37,053 nucleotides of DNA from Spirochaetaceae bacterium (GTDB taxonomy: Bacteria > Spirochaetota > Spirochaetia > DSM-27196 > SKKC01), in NCBI GenBank assembly GCA_003554375.1, contig PWGF01000233.1, positions 1-37,053 of the forward strand. The letters are read 5' to 3'. The translations under genes and the position numbers were made by a program. The notes under the pieces are model-generated. The model was not told the DNA's origin and made no database searches. It saw nothing but the letters and a program-made list of their open reading frames with translations. Shown here piece by piece: positions 35,795 to 37,053 of the stretch (position 1 is the stretch's first letter; each line of letters starts with the position of its first letter).

Positions 35795-37053
35795 ATGAGC
35801 GGAATCGGAGGGCGTGTACCCCCTCATAACAACGAAGCCGAGATAGCGACACTCGGTGCAATGCTCCTGAACCCGGAGGCGGTGACAAGGGTCATTCCGA
35901 TTGTGCGTTCGCGTGACTTCTATCATGCAGCACATCAGAAGGTTTTCGACGCGGTCGTCCGGTTGATCGACAGGGCTGAGAGGCCGGACCTTATCACTGT
36001 CACGGAAGAGCTTCGTAGTTCCGGTGAGCTTGAAGGGGTTGGAGGTCCCGGCTATGTTGCGCAATTGACTTCGGAAGTTCCGGCAGCGGCCAATGTCGAG
36101 TATTACGCGAAGATCGTTCGCGATACCAGCACTCGGCGACGGCTGATCTCGATTGCGGACCAGCTAAGACAGGATGCGTTCGATGACGCTCAGGATGTGC
36201 GCCTGATGGTGGAGGAGGCGGAACGGCGGATCTTTGAGATTACCGATGAGAGTCAAATTGAGGGCTATAAGCCGGCACGCGAGATAATCGAGCGTACGGT
36301 GGAGGCCATTGAGCATCTTTACCGACACAAAGAAAGCTACACCGGGGTGCCGAGTGGACTGACGGAGCTCGACAATATGTTGAGCGGTTTTCAGGACAGC
36401 GAGTTCATAGTGGTCGGCGCTCGGCCCTCAATTGGCAAGACGGCGCTTGCTTTGTCGATGGCGGCAAATATGGCGCTCCATCGCAGCACACCAGTCGGTT
36501 TCTTCACGCTGGAGATGTCCGATATGGCGTTGATGCAGCGCCTCGTGTCGAGCGAAGCGCGGATCGGCAGTCAGAAGATCCGAACCGGATATCTTCTGCC
36601 TGCAGATTTCAAAAACTTGACGGACGCTGCAGGTCTCATCTACGACGCTCCGCTCTTCATCACCGACCAGCCGAATATGAAGCTCTTGGACTTGCGGGCT
36701 CAGGCCCGGCGCATGCGAAGTCAGGCGGGAGTGCGTATTATCTTCATCGACTATATAACGCTGATCCGGGCCGAGAATCCTGAGCTTCCGCGTCACGAGC
36801 AGATTGCTGAGGTGTCCCGTAGTCTGAAGGCTTTGGCACGGGAGCTATCTATACCCATCGTAGCGCTATCGCAGGTGAGTCGCGACAGTGAAGGGCGGCG
36901 TCCCACACTGGCGAATATCCGTGAGAGCGGATCGATCGAACAAGATGCGGATGTCGTTCTCTTTCTGCATCGAGAACGAGGTACGAACGAAGAGCACGAG
37001 ACGAATAACGTGGAAACGGAGCTGATTGTCGCAAAACAGCGAAACGGGCCACA
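35795..37053 (+). CDS. dnaB: Replicative DNA helicase DnaB (runs off the window end; absent from the ORF track)
   Basis: ATG 35795 after GGAG; RVPPHNNEAE, in-frame Walker A GARPSIGKT at 36416, FFTLEM, IDY, LSQVSR, RESGSIEQDAD, KQRNGP. Confidence 0.96.
   Translation, partial: MSGIGGRVPPHNNEAEIATLGAMLLNPEAVTRVIPIVRSRDFYHAAHQKVFDAVVRLIDRAERPDLITVTEELRSSGELEGVGGPGYVAQLTSEVPAAANVEYYAKIVRDTSTRRRLISIADQLRQDAFDDAQDVRLMVEEAERRIFEITDESQIEGYKPAREIIERTVEAIEHLYRHKESYTGVPSGLTELDNMLSGFQDSEFIVVGARPSIGKTALALSMAANMALHRSTPVGFFTLEMSDMALMQRLVSSEARIGSQKIRTGYLLPADFKNLTDAAGLIYDAPLFITDQPNMKLLDLRAQARRMRSQAGVRIIFIDYITLIRAENPELPRHEQIAEVSRSLKALARELSIPIVALSQVSRDSEGRRPTLANIRESGSIEQDADVVLFLHRERGTNEEHETNNVETELIVAKQRNGP

Overview
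GC-rich bacterial chromosomal segment, most likely from a free-living spirochaete (Spirochaetota). This is inferred from the rpsF-ssb-rpsR-DUF2232-rplI-dnaB gene order, a BMP lipoprotein, FadL/TraF-like outer-membrane proteins and asnA; acidic exported proteins hint at a saline habitat. Most of the window is housekeeping: xylB, asnA, glpQ, aldo-keto reductase, hisJ/hisC, clpB, argH, pyk, the S6/S18/L9/DnaB cluster, tRNA-Lys and initiator tRNA-Met. Two unusual loci sit back to back around a relatively AT-rich divergent promoter region near 10.8-11.0 kb. (1) On the minus strand is an operon with a Cys-rich membrane ORF, a protein fusing two nicotianamine-synthase-like SAM domains to FeoA, and FeoB, under a DtxR-like palindrome: a candidate metallophore-coupled Feo system. 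(2) On the plus strand is a two-gene unit joining a protein-only RNase P (HARP/UPF0278) to an archaeal-type Pab1020/Rnl3 RNA ligase. Also noted: a ~170-nt rod-shaped candidate ncRNA, several apparently leaderless genes, a NifA-like regulator with GAFTGA replaced by GAVPGA, and a PIN toxin-antitoxin pair. All family calls are motif recognition by eye; no database search was run.
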